DNA from: Eledone cirrhosa
Lineage: Eukaryota
Assembly: GCA_964016885.1 (NCBI GenBank)
Contig: OZ024740.1
Coordinates: 442,184,001 to 442,248,000 of the forward strand
Direction of reading: 5' to 3'
Length of the DNA stretch: 64,000 nt
Below, in pieces: positions 59,551 to 64,000 of this stretch; positions within the stretch are counted from its first letter, which is position 1; each line of letters opens with the position of its first letter. The notes beneath the pieces were generated by a model. It saw only the letters and a program-made list of their open reading frames with translations, was not told where the DNA came from and did no database searches. The translations under genes were made by a program, and so were the position numbers.

Positions 59551-59553
<3 letters not shown>
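59360..59553. repeat. 29-bp inverted repeat (59360-59388 / 59525-59553) enclosing the HHR
   Basis: ATAGTGAAAGAATAAAGAGTAACATGGTT vs AACCATGTTACTCTTCATTCTTTCACTAT, 28/29 complementary. Confidence 0.95.
59385..59497 (+). ncRNA. Hammerhead ribozyme with expanded stem II
   Basis: GGTTTT-CTGATGA-GTTGGTCAG-(64 nt)-CTGATCAAT-GAAA-CAATTG-TC-AATACC. GUC cleavage triplet; AATAAA at 59501. Confidence 0.8.
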
Positions 59554-59617
<64 letters not shown>

Positions 59618-59666
59618 AAGTAATTAAGTCAAATATTTAAGATTTGGCTTCGTTTATTAAAGATGT

Positions 59667-59721
59667 ACTGCTATATATATTTCGGTGACAGCCATCATTG
59701 GCTGTGACCTCTTCAGGCAGT
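59667..59721 (-). ncRNA. Minimal type I hammerhead ribozyme
   Basis: Minus strand: ACTGC-CTGAAGA-GGTCACAGCCA-ATGA-TGGCTGTCACC-GAAA-TATATA-TA-GCAGT, then AATAAA. Confidence 0.93.
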
Positions 59722-60684
59722 TCGAATTGGTGTGGTAGAGACAGGTACACATGTTGTTAAAGTGTTTTACTCCGTCAATACTCCGATATGTCCAGCTCCT
59801 GGTTGGGTTGTTATTTCTCTGAGGAACTGGAATCATATGAATTCGAACAAACGAATTTTGGCATCATAGGACACTCTCTCCTCCCATTGGTCAGCTGTGA
59901 GAACATTCCTCAGTCGAAAGTCTATACAAATTTTTTTCTGAGGCAAGACAATCTATTGTGGTTGTTTTTGTTAAGTACAGCTGACCTCCTCCCTTGTGTT
60001 TATTGGTGTTAGGGGGTCAGCTGGCAGGTCAGCCTTAGTTCTATTGCTGCTGTCTTTAGAAAAATGAGTGTGTGTGGGTTGGCCTCAATCCTACCACCCT
60101 TTCACGTGGTGGGGGTGCCAAACAGATAATTGAATCAGATAAGGTAAAATGAAGAAATAAAATATAAAAAAATAAGATAAAATAAATAATAAAATAATAA
60201 GATAAGATACAATAAAATGAAGAAGTAAAAATATAAATAAATAAATGAATAAAATAGAATAAAATGCGTGTTTGTTATATCAAATATCAAAGAAGAATAA
60301 AGTGCGTGTGTGTTATAGCCAATATTAAAGTTTGAAAGATTTGGAAAATATTGACTGAAGTATAAAGGCTATGTGTCAGAATCGGGAAATGCAAAGGATT
60401 ACCATCTTTACACTATCATGGGTGGTGCGTTTTAAGAGCAAATGAGGCAAGAGTGGAGTGTAAAACACCATAAACTGAATGTCAAAATCCGGAAATGCAG
60501 AGGACTACAGTTTTTAATTCGGCATAGAGTACACATGCGTGTATGTCAACCCACATCGTTGCAAGCCCACACGCACCAACACGGGCCCAGGTGCATCCCA
60601 TATTCACACACACCCACCCACACAGATTATACAAACACACACACACCCATATATATATATATGTATATATAAACTCGCACACAC

Positions 60685-60716
<32 letters not shown>

Positions 60717-61014
60717 GCATATGTAAGTATCAGTGCATGTACAATCTTAAATAACAGGATCTATGTATGGACATATGCATAAGTCTGTGCTGCCATAGGA
60801 GTCGAGCGAGGCAAGGGTACGGGTGGTGAAAGTTTAGGGGGTGGTTTACCGTGGATTCGGTGTGCCGAGGCTACTGTCCCTTTAGCTTGAGGGAAGTTCC
60901 TTCTCAATGCGTTGTTGTTGCCCATATATATAGAGGAAGTTCTCGGCTCTGAGGTGTCTACAAGTCCCGGGGAAGTCCCTATAGCTTGAGGGAAGTTCCC
61001 CTCCCAGTGTGTTG

Positions 61015-62700
61015 TTATTGTCCATATAGCTTGAAGAAGGTCCCGGCCCTGAGGTGTCTACATGTCCCGAAGAAGTCAGTCCCGAGGTTTATCAGGCTGC
61101 TTCCACTGCTGAGTATCTCGAGGGTCTCGCTCAGACATAGCTGCAGATGCCACACCGCCTTTATCAAGTGGTACTTTCCTGATTTTGGACCAGGCCAGAG
61201 AGTACGGGGTCCTGTCCAGCTTGAGCTTCCAGATCAGTTCGGAAAGAGCCGTACTTTTCCTTTTGTCCTACTATTAAAGGAATGGCGATGGTTATACCAT
61301 CGGTCCTTAAAGCTCGTTGATGTGGCTCCTATGTAAAGGTGTTCAGAGTTGGGGTTTTTTACTCTACATCCGTATATTAAGTTCTTCCTTGGGCATTCAT
61401 TACTAAGGGGCATAATGCTGAGTTTCTGCAGTTGCAGGAGGTCGTCGACCACCGCGTGCCTAATGTGGGGTTCCCGTTGCGTATTATATGGTGGTCCTCC
61501 TCCGGTCCCGGTGGGGGGTCCCTGGGTCTGTTTGGATTACTGGGTCCACCCTTCTTTCCCTCCACATGGTTCTGCCGGGTGCCTATATTGCCAGCTTCCG
61601 GTTGTGTGTGGTTTTTAAGTCTACCCCTATTAATGTTAGCTATGTGCTGGGCCACATTTCGCGTGGTAGAATATGAGAGCTTTACAGTATGTCTGTTGAA
61701 CGTCTTGCGGTATCTATGGTCCTTCGGGAAGCATTTATCTAGTGCTCTAAAGAATGAGCGGGCAATGCTGTTCTTTAGGGCCGCTGAGTATGGTGGATTG
61801 TACCACGTGATTTTTCTGTGTCTACTCCTATGTGGGTGGGTTAGCGTGTCGTGGGCTGTTGGGGAGTTGTTGGGTTTCTAGTGGTTCCAGTATTGCTGCT
61901 TCCCCTTTGGGCGCTATGTGTTCTGCTAACTTCCCGGCCCGTATCTCTGGGGTGGTTGTTACCCACGCTGGGAGTGCTACGGTGGGATGGTTTTCCATCG
62001 GTCCTGCTTCGTGTCTTGCGGTTGGGGGCGTCGGGCACGGGATGGTTGATATCACCCTCTGAGACCGCTACTAGTACCGGGTTTCCTCCCATGGTTATGT
62101 GTACGCGTGCCCCTCGCCAATGTGGTGGTGTCAGGTTCATGGTGTTTAGTTGTTTTTACTCTGCTTGTATTGTTAGGGTCCCCCCTCCCAGATCCCGTGG
62201 GTCGGGGTGTCCGTTGGGTTATCTCCGCAATGGCGCCTCGGATTATATGATATATCTTGGCCATGCGCCGCCTTATTTAGAGCTGCGTTGTAATATTCCG
62301 CGTTGCTATCGAAGATCTCCTTATTTGCGGACAAGCTGGAGATCCTGTCCGAGACACTATTCACTACGGCCTTAATTATGGATCTAGGGTGGTTTGACTT
62401 GGCGTTAACATATACCAGTTTCTCGTTGGGCTTGTGATAGGGGTAGTATTGCTCGGTTTTCAGGTTTAGGGTGGTGTCTAGGAAGTTAACTACCTTTCTA
62501 TTTGGGTCTAGTTCGATATTGAGCCCATGGCTCTTAAAGAACTGCCGAATACGCCTCTTCATTCTCTCCACCATAGTGGTGCTGTGGTCATAGACTGTGA
62601 AGAGTGTATCGTCACGATACAATCCGCCGCCCACACAGGGGATTTCATCTTTTATCTGCTTCAGCAGGAATAGCCCGACGAGGTCCGTTACCTGTGCTCT
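61015..62700 (-). pseudogene. PLE RT C-terminal half and GIY-YIG, multiple frameshifts
   Basis: AQVTDLVGLFLL, GLYRDD, VNFLDTTL, SNHP, ITWYNPPYS, CNCRNSALCPL, LIY..LYIGAT..RWYNH, STALSELIWKLK, LCLSE, TCRH. Confidence 0.9.
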
Positions 62701-63104
62701 TTGTATAGAGGAAATATTCTTTATATTAAAAAGCAAAAATTCTGTGAATTTAAGGAACAATCTTTTCCGTTGCTGCAAACGTAGATTAAATTCAACGTTT
62801 AAATATAAATTTAAAATGTAATATATAACTCATCTTATTAAACCTATCGATAAATCATTAGATTCCTTCATACGACGGCCAAAAACTCTCTTAAATGAAG
62901 AAAAGTTTTTTCCTTAAAGTTTTTCCTTGAAAATTCTTCAAGATAAACATACTGAAAGTTTTTTTAAAAATGGGTATAAAAAATTAAGATAAACATACTG
63001 AAAGTTTCTAAAAAACAGTTTTTTTTTGTTAATTCCTCTGATAGATATAAACAATTATAATTCATATTTTATGCTGTGTTTTTTCTATATATTCTTATAT
63101 ATAT

Positions 63105-63262
63105 TTTAAAAATTATATTGCTTAAAAATTACATATTTTTAGAATTATATTGCTTTAAAATTACATTGCTTAAAAATATAATTCCTTTTAAAATTATATA
63201 ATTATATCTTTTTTAAAAATTGTAATTCCTTTTAAAATTATAATCCTTTTAAAAATTATAAC
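63105..63262. repeat. Degenerate ~20-bp AT-rich tandem repeat in unclassified AT-rich DNA
   Basis: TTTTAAAAATTATATTGC / TTTTAAAATTATAATCC-like units. Confidence 0.6.
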
Positions 63263-63920
63263 TCATATTTTATTTTATATTATGTATTTTGTATTTATAT
63301 ATATATATATATGTATATGTGTATATGTATATGTGTGTATATGTATGTATATATATATATGTGTGTGTATATATGCGTATGTATACATGTATGTATGTCT
63401 GTGTATATGTGTATATATATCGAAATGTAAAATTTGAATACATTCTATCAATGAACTCATATAAACCGTTTTTACGGTTTATGCTTTAGATATATTCTTA
63501 TGAAAAACTTTAAACATTAAAACGTTATAGTAAACAAACTTATATTTTAACAGTCACAACTGTATAACAGGTGGGTTTATAAAAAATATATAAAATTTAT
63601 AAAATTATAACTTACTATAAAATAATATAAGGTTCTCTTATAACCTTAACTTTTTTATCATCTTAACATTTATCCTTAGAGCTATCTAAATTACAAATAA
63701 ATCAATTAATTTTCCCTCACGCTGTATTGCTATTACTAAGAAGAGATTTTTCTTCGGTAAAATCTCTGAACATTCCTATATTTTAAACATATATTTTGTT
63801 ATTTCTTATAAGTGTTATTGTTAATTGAAAAATTAATAATTAATTGTTGGTTGATGATTAATAATAAATTTATGTAAGGTGATGTAATAATAACATATAT
63901 TTTAATAATATTTTTTGATA

Positions 63921-63921
<1 letters not shown>

Positions 63922-63990
<69 letters not shown>

Positions 63991-64000
63991 ATATATATAT
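63922..64000. repeat. (TA)n microsatellite
   Basis: Nearly pure TA run to the window end. Confidence 0.97.

Larger units (their letters stand above)
59611..62700 (-). mobile_element. Third Naiad-type PLE (GC-richer family), 5'-truncated
   Basis: Frameshifted RT/EN, ~1.4-kb 3' UTR and a same-strand HHR ~60 nt from the TA-bounded end. Confidence 0.9.

Noticed and set aside
61015-62300. Additional programmed frameshifts in the Naiad ORFs
   Set aside because: Scattered single-base losses seen in one copy only; better explained by decay or assembly indels.

Overview
This is gene-free, heterochromatin-like eukaryotic DNA, probably cephalopod/Octopus (inferred from the SINE and RTE 3' ends). The left half holds two satellite arrays: a 75-bp unit (1-28465) with ~10-kb and ~1.7-kb higher-order duplications, and a 24-bp unit (29547-36432) with ~3-kb periodicity. 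A tRNA-derived SINE lies between them. After a 200-N gap, a polar (TA)n-AATATG array is interrupted by at least 7 retroelements: two copies of one Neptune-type Penelope-like element (PLE), three Naiad-type PLEs and two RTE LINEs. Five minimal hammerhead ribozymes (HHRs) can be read directly from the sequence. Best leads: (1) the Neptune family has an upstream ORF1 joined to the RT frame by an in-phase U-UUU-UUA -1 slippery site plus hairpin, present in both copies; (2) the deleted Neptune copy rejoins its 3' tail within 1 nt of the predicted HHR cleavage site; (3) a ~195-bp HHR module with an expanded stem II sits inside a 29-bp inverted repeat. Almost all other ORFs in the track are repeat artefacts.
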